From NCBI GenBank assembly GCA_002409145.1, contig DHUL01000090.1:67604-131603 (forward strand): a stretch of DNA of 64,000 bases, given 5' to 3'. Within the stretch, counting starts at the first letter, position 1. Every line of letters begins with the position of its first letter. The notes under the pieces are model-generated. The model had not been told where the DNA came from, ran no database searches, and saw only the letters and a list, made by a program, of their open reading frames with translations. This DNA is from Bacteroidales bacterium UBA5235 (GTDB lineage Bacteria; Bacteroidota; Bacteroidia; Bacteroidales; VadinHA17). Positions 1 to 9,845 of the stretch are shown in pieces. A program made the translations under genes and the position numbers.

Positions 1-296
1 TGCTGGGTGTGAGAGCCGAGTTTGCAGCAGGCGGCGCTGAGGCGGTTGATATGGCCAGGGAGAAATCATATGACATCATCCTGATGGACCTTATCATGCC
101 TGAGACAGATGGTTTCGAGGCCTCCAGGATCATTCTGGGGTTTAACCCCTGCACTCAGATTGTGGCTCTTTCAGCAGACAATATGCCCGAAACCAGGTTG
201 AAGGTCGAGCAGAGCGGTATGAAGGAACTCCTTGCCAAACCTGTCACTGTTGAGGAACTCAGGAGGGTGATTGACAGGTACCACAAGCCCGTATGA
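1..296 (+). CDS. C-terminal CheY-like receiver domain of a response regulator or hybrid sensor kinase (5' end cut by window edge)
   Basis: The reading frame is open to the window edge. It shows a receiver pattern (DIILMDLIMPETDG, ALSA, AKP). Its stop overlaps the next gene's start (ATGA at 293-296). Confidence 0.75.
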   Translation, partial: LGVRAEFAAGGAEAVDMAREKSYDIILMDLIMPETDGFEASRIILGFNPCTQIVALSADNMPETRLKVEQSGMKELLAKPVTVEELRRVIDRYHKPV

Positions 297-1336
297 CAAT
301 GGCATTCAAGCTGAACAAACTGCAGGCTGAAGACTTCCTGCGATTCAGGACCTCTCTCCCTGTTGCAGACGTCAGATCACCTGGTGAATTTGCCGTCGGA
401 CATATCCCCGGTGCCGCGAATATCCCTCTCTTCGATGATGCCCAGAGGGCTGAGGTGGGGACAATATATAAGAGAGGAGGCAGTGTCACGGCAGTTATGC
501 GAGGTATTGACCTTGCTGCGCCCGGAATGTCAGGGAAACTGAAATCAGGGATAGAACTGGCTGACATCGGCAGGCTGCTGGTTTACTGCTGGAGAGGGGG
601 CATGAGGTCAGAGGCAATGGCCTGGCTCTTTTCCCTGGGAGGAATTGAGCCTCTGGTGCTCAGCGGAGGATATAAGGCATACAGGAACCATATCCTCAGC
701 GAGCTGGGCAGGGACAGAAAGTATTTTATCCTCGGGGGGCTGACCGGAAGCGGAAAAACCGGTATACTGAGGTATATGAAGTCTTCAGGTGAACAGGTTA
801 CCGATCTTGAAGGTCTGGCATCACACCGGGGCTCAGCTTTTGGCGCCCTCGGACAGGCTCCACAGCCATCATCAGAACACTTTGCCAACCTGCTTTATGA
901 TGACCTGGCCGAACATCAGGGTGATTCACCGGTATGGCTTGAGGATGAAAGCAGGAATATCGGATCGGTATTCATGCCCGACAGTTTCTTTGAACGAATG
1001 CAGGCATCCCCGGTGGTTGCCCTCATGATGAGCATTGAGACACGCATGCCAAGGTTACTCAGAGAGTATACCTCTTTCCCGGTTGAGGAGATAATGGCCT
1101 CTGTAATGAAAATCTCAAAACGATTGGGAGGAGACCGGACCCGCGAAGCCCTCAATGCCCTTAAATGTGGAGACTACCCCACAGCTATCAGGATCACTCT
1201 TGAGTATTATGACAAGTCATATCATTATGGACTGTCAAAGAGGCAGGGAGGGCAGGTTATCTACATTAACACCGAAACTGACGATGAAGCTGTCAATTCA
1301 GGTCTGGTCATGCAGGCTGCCAGGTCAGTGAGGTGA
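293..1336 (+). CDS. selU: tRNA 2-selenouridine synthase (SelU/MnmH/YbbB family)
   Basis: 347 aa. An N-terminal rhodanese-like domain carries the CWRGGMRS active-site loop and is followed by the P-loop GGLTGSGKT. The architecture and length fit SelU. Confidence 0.85.
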   Translation: MTMAFKLNKLQAEDFLRFRTSLPVADVRSPGEFAVGHIPGAANIPLFDDAQRAEVGTIYKRGGSVTAVMRGIDLAAPGMSGKLKSGIELADIGRLLVYCWRGGMRSEAMAWLFSLGGIEPLVLSGGYKAYRNHILSELGRDRKYFILGGLTGSGKTGILRYMKSSGEQVTDLEGLASHRGSAFGALGQAPQPSSEHFANLLYDDLAEHQGDSPVWLEDESRNIGSVFMPDSFFERMQASPVVALMMSIETRMPRLLREYTSFPVEEIMASVMKISKRLGGDRTREALNALKCGDYPTAIRITLEYYDKSYHYGLSKRQGGQVIYINTETDDEAVNSGLVMQAARSVR

Positions 1337-1337
1337 G

Positions 1338-2600
1338 CTACCCGTTTTTAAGTGATGAGGCGTCAACCCACCTGAAAACCTTGTCAGACCGCCTCACCAG
1401 CTTATCCATTTTTACAGAGCACAGCTCTCCTTTGCTGATTTGTGCCGCATCCTTCTCACCGGCATCTCTCAGTTCTCCCACGGTAAGCTCCACAATGCCG
1501 GTTGAAGGACCGGTAATTACCAGCTCATCACCGGTGGAGAGACCACCTGTCTCAAGTTTTATCTCGGCAACGCCAGCTTTGGTAAAATAGTTGGTCACCT
1601 TTCCGAGGTAGATCTTTCTTTTGGTAGCCGCCGAACCGTAAGTCGTACTCCATTCCCCGAGCTTCCGGCCCAGGTAGTATCCATCCCAGAATCCCCTGTT
1701 GAATACCGTCTCAAGCTGTTTCATCCACCCTTCTGCCTTTTCCTTGCAGAATGTACCATCGGCCACCGCACCTGCCGCCTCACTGTAGCACCGGGTGACT
1801 GTCTTTACATACTCCGGCGGCCTGGCACGACCTTCGATCTTGAGCACTCTTGCACCGGCGCCAATGATCTGGTCAAGAAAACTGATCGTGCACAGATCCT
1901 TTGGCGACATGATATACTGGTTTTCAATGTCGAGCTCATAACCTGTCTCCCTGTCGCTGACAGTATATCCACGCCGGCAGGTCTGGTAGCAGTTGCCCCT
2001 GTTGGCGGAGGCATTGTACTCATGAAGACTGAGGTAACACTTTCCGGAGACAGCCATACATAGCGCACCGTGCACGAACATTTCCAGCTTCATCAGATCA
2101 CCTCGTGGTCCACGTATTTCATCACTTTTTATGGTGTCATATATCTTCTTGACATGCTGAAGGTTAAGTTCTCGTGAAAGAACGGCAACATCAGCCCACT
2201 GCGAATAGAACTTCAGTGATCCGGAGTTAGAAATATTGAGCTGGGTGGAAAGGTGTACTTCAATACCCGCCTCCCTTGCAGCAACTATTGCTGCCTGGTC
2301 AGTGGCGATGACTGCAGTTATGCCGGCAGCGGCGGCGGCGGCCAGCACCTCTTTCATCTCGCTGATCTCATCGTCGTAAACGACGATGTTCAGTGTGAGG
2401 TAGCTCTTCATGCCATGTTCCCTGCAGAGGGAAACTATATCCGGCAGGTCGGCTGTGGTGAAGTTATGCGAAGAACGGGCTCTCATGTTCAGCTTCTCAA
2501 CGCCAAAATAGACTGAGTCTGCCCCTCCCTGTATGGCAGCTCTCAGAGCCTCCCACGAGCCCGCCGGAGCCATTACCTCTATATCGTTTCGTTTAATCAT
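1338..2600 (-). CDS. Peptidase U32 family protein (PrtC/YegQ/TrhP-like)
   Basis: EMFVHGALCMAVSGKCYLS matches the U32 signature and the N-terminus is APAGSWEALRAAIQGGADSVYFG. I moved the start to MIKRNDIEV at 2600 instead of 2648 to avoid overlap with the upstream kinase stop. Confidence 0.85.
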   Translation of the reverse strand: MIKRNDIEVMAPAGSWEALRAAIQGGADSVYFGVEKLNMRARSSHNFTTADLPDIVSLCREHGMKSYLTLNIVVYDDEISEMKEVLAAAAAAGITAVIATDQAAIVAAREAGIEVHLSTQLNISNSGSLKFYSQWADVAVLSRELNLQHVKKIYDTIKSDEIRGPRGDLMKLEMFVHGALCMAVSGKCYLSLHEYNASANRGNCYQTCRRGYTVSDRETGYELDIENQYIMSPKDLCTISFLDQIIGAGARVLKIEGRARPPEYVKTVTRCYSEAAGAVADGTFCKEKAEGWMKQLETVFNRGFWDGYYLGRKLGEWSTTYGSAATKRKIYLGKVTNYFTKAGVAEIKLETGGLSTGDELVITGPSTGIVELTVGELRDAGEKDAAQISKGELCSVKMDKLVRRSDKVFRWVDASSLKNG

Positions 2601-2611
2601 TTTGCCTGATC

Positions 2612-3757
2612 TCAGCCCTGTTTTTTCAGCATTATCCTCATGCAGCATCCGTGACCGGGCTCGGAGCGCAGCACGAAAATTTTTCCCTTATGGTACTCTT
2701 CGACGATCCTTTTGGAGAGGGACAGTCCGAGACCCCATCCCCGTTCCCTGGTGGTGTAACCTGGTTTAAAGATAGTCTTGAAATCCTTCCTTGGGATCCC
2801 TTTTCCCGTATCCTCAATGTCTATAAAGGCTTCGTTGTTGTTCTCGCTCAGCCTGATGGTGATCTGGCCGGTACCCTTCATGGCATCGGCAGAGTTCTTT
2901 ACCAGGTTTTCGATGACCCACCCGAGGAGGACGGAGTTGAATGGCACTGCTGTGCAGGCAGTCGTTTCATCCGATACTTTCAGGTCAATTGTGGAGGCAA
3001 TTCTTTTTCTGAGGTAGGATGCCGTTGTCTCTGCCAGGTGTGGCAGGTTGTCCGGCGTCAGCTTCGGCTTTGATCCTATAAGGGAGAATCTTTCGGCAAC
3101 ACGGCTCAGCCGGTCCACGTCGGCCGGAAGCTCTTCTGCTATATCCGTCCCCGGGTACCTGCTGCTTATTATCTCACTCCACGCTGATAGTGAGGAGGTG
3201 GGCGTTCCAAGCTGATGTGCGGTCTCTCTTGACAGCCCTACCCATACCTGGTTTTGCTCAGCCATCCGTGAAGCGCTGAAGGCAACGTATGCCACCCCGA
3301 TAAAAAGAAGTATCACGGCCAGCTGCACGTACGGATATACCCTCAACTGACGCAGGAGGGTGCTCTCTCGGTAATACAGATGGTTGACAATGCCATTGGG
3401 CAGCTCAATCGAGATGGGGTCATTGCGTTTTGCCATGCGTTTCAGTTCACGGACCATTGCCAGGGTGTCTGTGGCCAGTGCCGGGGGCAGGTTCCTCTGC
3501 GAAATGATGCTTTCCTCCTCGTCAATGAGTATCACCGGAACGGTGGTGTTGTCTTCGATGATGCTGAACAGGAATTCGAAGTCGTCAGAGGTGACCAGCC
3601 TGCGTGTAGCCTCCGCCCATTGCTCCGCCTTCTTGCGCTCCTCCTCCTTGAGCCTGTCTACCAGGTCATGGGTGTAGATGAGTGATCCCAGGCCGATCAC
3701 TACCGCAAATATCAGAAGCAGTACCTTCCAGAGAAGTCTTTTTCGGTAGATGTTCAT
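2612..3757 (-). CDS. Sensor histidine kinase (two TM segments, HisKA H-box, HATPase_c); no cognate regulator adjacent
   Basis: An N-terminal TM segment and a second TM lie around LAVILLFIGVAYVAF. It has the H-box ETAHQLGTPTSSL, an N-box VIENLVKNSADA and the G-boxes DTGKGI and GWGLGL. Confidence 0.85.
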   Translation of the reverse strand: MNIYRKRLLWKVLLLIFAVVIGLGSLIYTHDLVDRLKEEERKKAEQWAEATRRLVTSDDFEFLFSIIEDNTTVPVILIDEEESIISQRNLPPALATDTLAMVRELKRMAKRNDPISIELPNGIVNHLYYRESTLLRQLRVYPYVQLAVILLFIGVAYVAFSASRMAEQNQVWVGLSRETAHQLGTPTSSLSAWSEIISSRYPGTDIAEELPADVDRLSRVAERFSLIGSKPKLTPDNLPHLAETTASYLRKRIASTIDLKVSDETTACTAVPFNSVLLGWVIENLVKNSADAMKGTGQITIRLSENNNEAFIDIEDTGKGIPRKDFKTIFKPGYTTRERGWGLGLSLSKRIVEEYHKGKIFVLRSEPGHGCCMRIMLKKQG

Positions 3758-3760
3758 GGG

Positions 3761-6364
3761 CTATCTTTTCTTTTTGAGAAGTATTTTTATCGGGCTCTCC
3801 TTCACCTCTTCCCTCTGTGGTTCAGTTGCAGCAGACTGCTCCCTGCCCTCTTCCCAGGTGATGCTGAATTTGGGTTTGCTCTCTGCCGGCTTTGTCCGTG
3901 TTGTGTCTGTGGAGTACCAACCATACTCTTCGTTGAGTATTCCCTTCAAAGTCTGCTTCTCCACAGCAATGTCATTCTTTATATTGTCCTGTGCCTGTCC
4001 GAAGTCATAACTCACACTAGTTTTGCTATTTACGCATTCTATCTTAAGCGGAACTGTTGCCTTACCGCTGCCGTCAACCTTCACCTGCCCGAACGAACTG
4101 ACATCGCGATTGCGCTCTCTTGCCTTCCGGCTCATTACCTCTGACAGAAGGAGCCGGACATGATATATATAATCACCTTCAAACCCATGTGTGCCGTAAA
4201 CGGTGAAATTTACAGCAGAAGAGTTTATCAGCATTTTCGGAATGGCAACCGTTCCGTTATTTATGAAAATGTCATTTTCCATTTTCGAAAAACTGATATT
4301 CTTAAGCTCATCGAGGTCAAGGTATGCAGAAAGGCTTTCTGCCGGAGCGAAGCTGACCAGCTTTCCGTCAATGATGACAAGGTGTGCCTCAGCCACAATA
4401 GCCTTGCGGAAGAACCTGTAATTGCCATCAAGCGGAGACAGCATTGTCACACTGCCTGTAAGCATGCCCCGGAGGTTGTCGTTCACTATGAAATTCTGGC
4501 CGAAGTTGCTGAAGGATGTAAACGCCTGGTTGATGTCAACATCCCTGACATCAAGCCTGGCTTTTGTGATGAATCCGCCCTCCTGTTGTTTGCTCAGCAT
4601 CAGTTCTCCCTCAAGTACTCCTTCAAGTCCGTTGGCGTAAACCTCGTTAAAAGTGATCACATAAGGAAGGTATGTTAATCTGCTGCTGAAGTTAGTAGCC
4701 TTGAAATTCTTGAAAATCAGGGTGTCAGCTTTGAGAAGAATATTTGCATTGACGTCGGCCGGGAAGAGGTTTGCGGAGGCTCCTGTGCTGTCATGCTGTT
4801 CCTTCTCTCCGGGAGCAAGTGCAGCGGTTACCAGTCTGTCAACATGAACATCGCCGCTTATATCAAGGTTCTGACCTCCGCCGGCCATCCAGGGGAAGAA
4901 GTTTTTCATGACTGCATTGACAGTAAAACGCTGCTCCATGAAAGTAAAAGCAAGGCTATCGGCAACCAGGTCATTATTTACAGACAGTGATCCGTTGACA
5001 TCTTTCAATGCAATCCCGCGCCTGGATAGTGTGGCTCCGAACTCCCTGAAGGAGAGTGAGATGTCGTGTCTTAGGAACGCAAGGGCAGCGGCCGGACGTA
5101 TGCTGTCGGGCAGTGTTCCGGAGAGTCTTATGCTCCCCGCGAGTGAACCGGTCTGGTCCCTGATATACCCGGACCGGAAAATCTTGTCGAGGTCGCCAAA
5201 GTCAAGGTCACCATCAAGGTCAAGTGTGATATGAGGTCTGCGGAGGTTGTTCATCATAAATGAACCTTTCACGGATGCTGAGCCGTATCTGGCTGTGAGG
5301 TTGTCAACGGTGAAGCGGAATGTCTCGGCTGAGTTGTGGTCGCCATTGGTGAGCGCACCGCTGAACTCCAGGTTATTGACCTTGAAGCCTGTAGAGGTGT
5401 GGCTCATTCTGCCTCCTGCGAGGCCGTAGGTGAGATCTATGTGAGGTTTGCCGGCATCACCGTAGGGACCTGTTATACTGCAACTGAGGTCAATAATTCC
5501 GGATGGTGAAAAGTTCCCGGTGGCGTTTTTCCATTTGTCAGGCAGCCGTGAGATGACTGATGCAATGTTTATTTTCCTCCCTTCTATGAGGAGGTTGAGG
5601 GTAGAAGCGGAATAATTGACATTCCCGGTGATGTCGAACCTGAGATCAGCTATGCTCAGGGCTCCTTTTGCCACTGAAAGGGAGTTTGCCGACTTCCGGA
5701 GTTTGATGCCAGCCTCCACCGGGATTGCCCTCAGGGTTGTTCCTTCAAGGTTTATGGAATCAATCGCTGCGTTGAGAGCCATACTGAGGTAGATGCCTGT
5801 CCGGAACAGCTCTCCGCCGAGTGTTGCCTGCCCCACAGTCCCTTCTATGCGCATTCCAGAGCTCATGTCGTTGTAAACAGCCCTGATGTCAACCGCGCTG
5901 ATGTTCTTCAGCCTGACATTCTTGCCATCTCCCTTCTTTTCAGAGATAACTTCGTAATTGATATCACCCCTCTTGTCAGTCAGCAGGTTAACCTCACCGT
6001 TTCTGGCAGTGATTGACTTCACTGCCACCGTACCCGTCATCAGTGAAGGCATCGAGACCGTCAGGGACAGGGAAGAGGCGTAGAGTAGTGTGTCATTGTC
6101 TTCATTCCTCAGCTGTTTCCTGTCATAGAACGGGGAGGGCTCAACCAGGAGGTCACTGAACCTGACGGTAATATTTGGGAATGATTCGAAAATTGTTACA
6201 TGAAGGTTGCCGTATGAAATCTTCGTGTTGACACTCTCATTGACTTTCCTGATCAGGTCACCTGTCAGGTGCTCCTGCCTGAGAAGGGCATATAATCCCG
6301 GTACCAGGATGAGCAGCAGCAGCAATCCGGCAGCAATAAGCACTATTTTCCGAAGGAGTCTCAT
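3761..6364 (-). CDS. AsmA-like / TamB-like large envelope protein
   Basis: 867 aa with a single N-terminal TM anchor (IVLIAAGLLLLLILVPGLYAL), then a long beta-rich region and a K/E-rich tail. It ends 4 nt before the kinase start, so an operon is likely. Confidence 0.65.
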   Translation of the reverse strand: MRLLRKIVLIAAGLLLLLILVPGLYALLRQEHLTGDLIRKVNESVNTKISYGNLHVTIFESFPNITVRFSDLLVEPSPFYDRKQLRNEDNDTLLYASSLSLTVSMPSLMTGTVAVKSITARNGEVNLLTDKRGDINYEVISEKKGDGKNVRLKNISAVDIRAVYNDMSSGMRIEGTVGQATLGGELFRTGIYLSMALNAAIDSINLEGTTLRAIPVEAGIKLRKSANSLSVAKGALSIADLRFDITGNVNYSASTLNLLIEGRKINIASVISRLPDKWKNATGNFSPSGIIDLSCSITGPYGDAGKPHIDLTYGLAGGRMSHTSTGFKVNNLEFSGALTNGDHNSAETFRFTVDNLTARYGSASVKGSFMMNNLRRPHITLDLDGDLDFGDLDKIFRSGYIRDQTGSLAGSIRLSGTLPDSIRPAAALAFLRHDISLSFREFGATLSRRGIALKDVNGSLSVNNDLVADSLAFTFMEQRFTVNAVMKNFFPWMAGGGQNLDISGDVHVDRLVTAALAPGEKEQHDSTGASANLFPADVNANILLKADTLIFKNFKATNFSSRLTYLPYVITFNEVYANGLEGVLEGELMLSKQQEGGFITKARLDVRDVDINQAFTSFSNFGQNFIVNDNLRGMLTGSVTMLSPLDGNYRFFRKAIVAEAHLVIIDGKLVSFAPAESLSAYLDLDELKNISFSKMENDIFINNGTVAIPKMLINSSAVNFTVYGTHGFEGDYIYHVRLLLSEVMSRKARERNRDVSSFGQVKVDGSGKATVPLKIECVNSKTSVSYDFGQAQDNIKNDIAVEKQTLKGILNEEYGWYSTDTTRTKPAESKPKFSITWEEGREQSAATEPQREEVKESPIKILLKKKR

Positions 6365-6385
6365 AGCACCTGACGGCGCGAATGA

Positions 6386-7105
6386 TTATCTTTTGGTATT
6401 CTTCAGGAGGAAGGACAGATCACTTCCGGGTTTCAACTCCAGAGGCTCACTTCCGTATCTGAAGACGCGTGCGTTTCTTGGGCCGATGAGAGACAGCTTT
6501 TTACCTTCCAGGAGGAACATTGTGCCTTCACGAAGCCCTGCAACATACAACTCCCTGTTTACCTCGATAAACTCCTGTATCCTTTGCTCACGGGTCTCAC
6601 CGGCATGACCGGCTGGATTGGCATCGAGGTAATGAGGATTGATCTGGAACGGGATCAGCCCGAAAGCCCTGAAGGAGGATGGTGCGGTAACAGGCATGTC
6701 ATTGGTGGTCATTATTGTAGGGCAGGTCACATTCGAGCCTGCACTCCATCCGATATAGGGTGTACCCGACATGACCTTCTTCCTCACCGGGGCAATCAGC
6801 TTATAGTCTCTCAGACATTTGAGCAGCATCCATGTATTTCCTCCACCCACTACAATTGCCGGGGCATCCATGATGGCCTTTACCGGATCCTTGAAATGAT
6901 GGATGGATACTACGTCGTGCCCCACCTCGTTGAAGCGGTTCCTTACCTTCTGTTCATACTCGTCATATGAGAAAGTAACGGCGGCATATGGGATGAAAAG
7001 GGCCCTGATTTTCCTGCTCCCCAGGAAATCCCTTATGTTGTTTTTGGGGTAATCGAGATATGCCTCTCCGGCATTGGTTGAATTGCTGATAAGAAGTAGT
7101 CTCAT
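6386..7105 (-). CDS. pepE: Dipeptidase E (peptidase S51)
   Basis: 239 aa. The N-terminus MRLLLISNSTNAGEAYLDY and the motifs GGGNTW and GWSAGSNV are typical of PepE/S51. Confidence 0.85.
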   Translation of the reverse strand: MRLLLISNSTNAGEAYLDYPKNNIRDFLGSRKIRALFIPYAAVTFSYDEYEQKVRNRFNEVGHDVVSIHHFKDPVKAIMDAPAIVVGGGNTWMLLKCLRDYKLIAPVRKKVMSGTPYIGWSAGSNVTCPTIMTTNDMPVTAPSSFRAFGLIPFQINPHYLDANPAGHAGETREQRIQEFIEVNRELYVAGLREGTMFLLEGKKLSLIGPRNARVFRYGSEPLELKPGSDLSFLLKNTKR

Positions 7106-7240
7106 TTCTGTCTCGTTTTTACTTTTCCTGAAGGGTCAGTCTGCTGATCCACTGCCCTATGTATCAACGCTCCAAACTTACATAAAAACACCCGATTTTG
7201 TACAGCCGCAAAAAGGAGAGATTCCGGTTCGATTAATTTA

Positions 7241-7275
7241 TAATAGAAAAGGGGGCGTCTGTCCGAGGCCCCCTT
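7241..7275 (-). terminator. Rho-independent terminator downstream of the outer-membrane protein gene
   Basis: On the minus strand an AAGGGGGC / GCCCCCTT stem with an 11-nt loop runs into TTTTCTATT. It lies 26 nt after the stop at 7301. Confidence 0.6.
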
Positions 7276-7300
7276 GGTTAAGAAGTACAGCTCTGTTCTG

Positions 7301-8326
7301 TTAGTCGTTGATAGTCAGCGCAATGCCTATTTCGAACGGGTAGAGTTCGGGTCCTTTTCCCTTTTCGAACATCGGTGAAAGGTAGCAGGTGCCGTACACC
7401 TGGACCATCTCATATCCCGCCCTGGCGGTAACTCCGTACCTCAGTACGTTGAGGCTGAAGTCGTCGTGATTCTTGTCCTTCTGCTTCCCGTCATTGTAAT
7501 AGACAACCTTTGTATGGGAGCCAAGCTTCACAGCACCGATGACGCCGGCACCCAGGTTGATGGTGCTACCGTGTGATACCGGTATCTGCACTTCAAGCAT
7601 TACAGGCAGGACTCCGTAAACCGTTGCCAGCTTGCTCTTTTCATACCTGACCGGCTCTGCCGGGAAGTACGGGGTGACAATTCCTTCTCCGTCAACAGCA
7701 ATCGAGTTGTTGCCGTCAAAGCGGTAGTTGTTAAAATTAATGCCGAGTGCTGTGACCAGTCCGAAATGGCGGGTAAAACCCAGGCTGACAGAGGGAGATA
7801 CGATATTGAAACTGGTTGATTTTGCCGTGTTAAGGTCAAGGTAGCCCTCCATGGGCACGTCATTGTTCAGCCAGGTCCCGGAGGAGTAATTGTTGTAACC
7901 GATCTCGATTCCGCCGAGATGACCGTCAAAACTCTTTCCCGGCCTTCCGGGATCACTCTCCTCACCGAAGTCTTCATCCTCAAAGTCAATTTCGGTATTT
8001 TCACCATCCTCAAAAATTCTTACACCCTTTTTGCCGATCCTGATGACGGTTTCGTCGCCTGTGTCCTCGACAGTAACAATCTCGCCGATCTTTACTGTTG
8101 ATGTGTCATCATCTCCCTCGCTGACAACCACTGCGATTTCTTCAGTTTCTTCCTTTATTACGGCCAGGGTATCATCTGCGGCAGCAACAACGGTGTCCGG
8201 AGCGGCGATATTTTCTGTCTGCTGCTCAAGCTGTTCGAGCTCCTTCAGTTTTTGTTCCTTCTCCTGTGCCAGGACCGGGAAGAGCATTGAAATGATAAGT
8301 ACTGTTGAGATTAATATTCTTTTCAT
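7301..8326 (-). CDS. Outer-membrane beta-barrel protein with an acidic N-terminal region
   Basis: It has a signal peptide (MKRILISTVLIISMLFPVLAQ) and an E/D-rich segment of about 110 aa. This is followed by alternating beta-strand patterning ending in an aromatic-rich C-terminus. It lies directly downstream of the sigma/anti-sigma pair. Confidence 0.6.
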   Translation of the reverse strand: MKRILISTVLIISMLFPVLAQEKEQKLKELEQLEQQTENIAAPDTVVAAADDTLAVIKEETEEIAVVVSEGDDDTSTVKIGEIVTVEDTGDETVIRIGKKGVRIFEDGENTEIDFEDEDFGEESDPGRPGKSFDGHLGGIEIGYNNYSSGTWLNNDVPMEGYLDLNTAKSTSFNIVSPSVSLGFTRHFGLVTALGINFNNYRFDGNNSIAVDGEGIVTPYFPAEPVRYEKSKLATVYGVLPVMLEVQIPVSHGSTINLGAGVIGAVKLGSHTKVVYYNDGKQKDKNHDDFSLNVLRYGVTARAGYEMVQVYGTCYLSPMFEKGKGPELYPFEIGIALTIND

Positions 8327-8384
8327 GGCTTTAAATTGTTTGTTGTTTAATGCCGGGACGAACAGAGATACCGAAAAGTTACAA

Positions 8385-9308
8385 TCAGGGAGTGTTTTTG
8401 TTCAGGGGTTTCGTGAATGAGAGCAGTGAAGAGCTGAAGGTGACAGCCACCGGCTCACCGCTTTTATTACTGACCTGTTCAAGTTCCATATTCCATCCGA
8501 GGATGTTATTGATGCCGGTTATGCAGCCGTTTGCTATCATGTAGCCGTTAACCTCTTTTTCTTTTCCGGTCACGGCGCCGGCCAGGAAGGACATGCTTCG
8601 GAACATCCAGTTTTTCTCTTCCTGCAGTGTCCGGGCCGGCTGAATATCCCTGATGCTGATTGGGGTCATGACAGGGTTCACGGCCGGAGCTACGGACGAG
8701 GCTGAAACATGGCTGTAGGTAAGCGCAAGAGGCTTAACCCTGATAACCTCTGATGCCTCTGCAGCCTCTTCCCTGGCTTCTGCGACCGGTGTTTGTTCCA
8801 CCGGTACGGGTTGGACCGGGGTTACGGTAATCCTTTTGACTGCAATTATCGGGGCTGATGCCGGAATCTCTGCCACTGTCATTGCATTCCCTGTAACGGT
8901 TCTCCCGGCGTTTATGGTCTTCAGCTTTGCTCCTGCAGGGCCGTAGATAATAATTACAACCATGGCTGCCACTGCCAGAAGAGCAGGAATCGCGGAACGG
9001 CGGAATGCTGTCAGCGCCGGAGACAGCCTGAATGCCGACCTCATTCCGGGCCAGCTCTCATTGTCCGGTACAAGCCTGATGTTCCGGAAGCTCCCGGCGC
9101 GGTCTCTTCTGCCGGGACTGGCTGTCATAACAGATTCCAGTTCTGCCAGGGCCTCACCTGTGAGGGCCCCTTCGGCCCATGCTGCAGCCAGCATGTCGAA
9201 CTGGTCATCGGTTAATTCCTCCGGCCTGCGGTAAAGCCTGCGGTCCGACGGCATTCTGTCATCAGGCGGCGTCAGTCGCGGGAAATCCATGTCTTCCGTT
9301 ATTGCCAT
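8385..9308 (-). CDS. Putative anti-sigma factor (single-pass membrane protein)
   Basis: Its start overlaps the ECF sigma stop by 10 nt. The cytoplasmic N-terminus of about 100 aa is followed by one TM segment (AIPALLAVAAMVVIIIYG) and an extracytoplasmic C-terminal domain. The call rests on position and topology only. Confidence 0.55.
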   Translation of the reverse strand: MAITEDMDFPRLTPPDDRMPSDRRLYRRPEELTDDQFDMLAAAWAEGALTGEALAELESVMTASPGRRDRAGSFRNIRLVPDNESWPGMRSAFRLSPALTAFRRSAIPALLAVAAMVVIIIYGPAGAKLKTINAGRTVTGNAMTVAEIPASAPIIAVKRITVTPVQPVPVEQTPVAEAREEAAEASEVIRVKPLALTYSHVSASSVAPAVNPVMTPISIRDIQPARTLQEEKNWMFRSMSFLAGAVTGKEKEVNGYMIANGCITGINNILGWNMELEQVSNKSGEPVAVTFSSSLLSFTKPLNKNTP

Positions 9309-9784
9309 ACTGATGTCTTTACAAGATAGTTCCTGAGAGCCACACGTCCCCTGAAAATATAGGTCTTGACCTGTGCCTCAGATAATCCGGTTATTTCACC
9401 AATTTCCCTATAATTGTATCCTTCATAGTCTCGGAGCAGGATTACCGACCGCTGAACTGCCGGCAGTCTTTCCAGGGCCCTGTGAAGCACCTCGTTCAGA
9501 TCGCTGCCATTCTCTTCAGCATAAAGAGTGCTGTCATCATAATATTCAATACCCACAAGCCTTGAGTCTTTCCTTATAACGTCAATCATCCTGTTATAGG
9601 CTGTTGAGAAGAGCCAGGCCTTCACTGCACCGTACTTGATCTCAGTGACGCAGCGCCACAGCTTCTCGTACGTATCCTGCACGATATCGTCAGCCCTGTG
9701 GCTGTCCTTTATGCTGCGCAGGATGAACCGGTAGATGTGGTCTCCAAACTCCCTGACGGCGTTATTGTACTCTTTTACGGTCAT
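9299..9784 (-). CDS. RNA polymerase ECF-type sigma-70 factor
   Basis: 161 aa. Region 2 motifs are DIVQDTYEKLW and WLFSTAYNRMIDVIRK. The region 4 helix-turn-helix is YREIGEITGLSEAQVKTYIFRGR. Confidence 0.85.
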   Translation of the reverse strand: MTVKEYNNAVREFGDHIYRFILRSIKDSHRADDIVQDTYEKLWRCVTEIKYGAVKAWLFSTAYNRMIDVIRKDSRLVGIEYYDDSTLYAEENGSDLNEVLHRALERLPAVQRSVILLRDYEGYNYREIGEITGLSEAQVKTYIFRGRVALRNYLVKTSVWQ

Positions 9785-9845
9785 TCAGGTCAATGCACTG
9801 ACACCCTAAAGACGGTCAGAATACCCCGAATGTTACAGGTACCCG

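Noticed and set aside
2327-2343. A GCG/GCC trinucleotide run.
   Set aside because: It simply encodes an alanine run (LAAAAAAGIT) inside the U32 gene and is not a regulatory or hypervariable repeat.
7173-7180. A reverse-strand TAAGTTTG box upstream of pepE as a promoter.
   Set aside because: The -7 match is exact, but no TTTG -33 element lies at the expected spacing. It is too weak to list as a feature.
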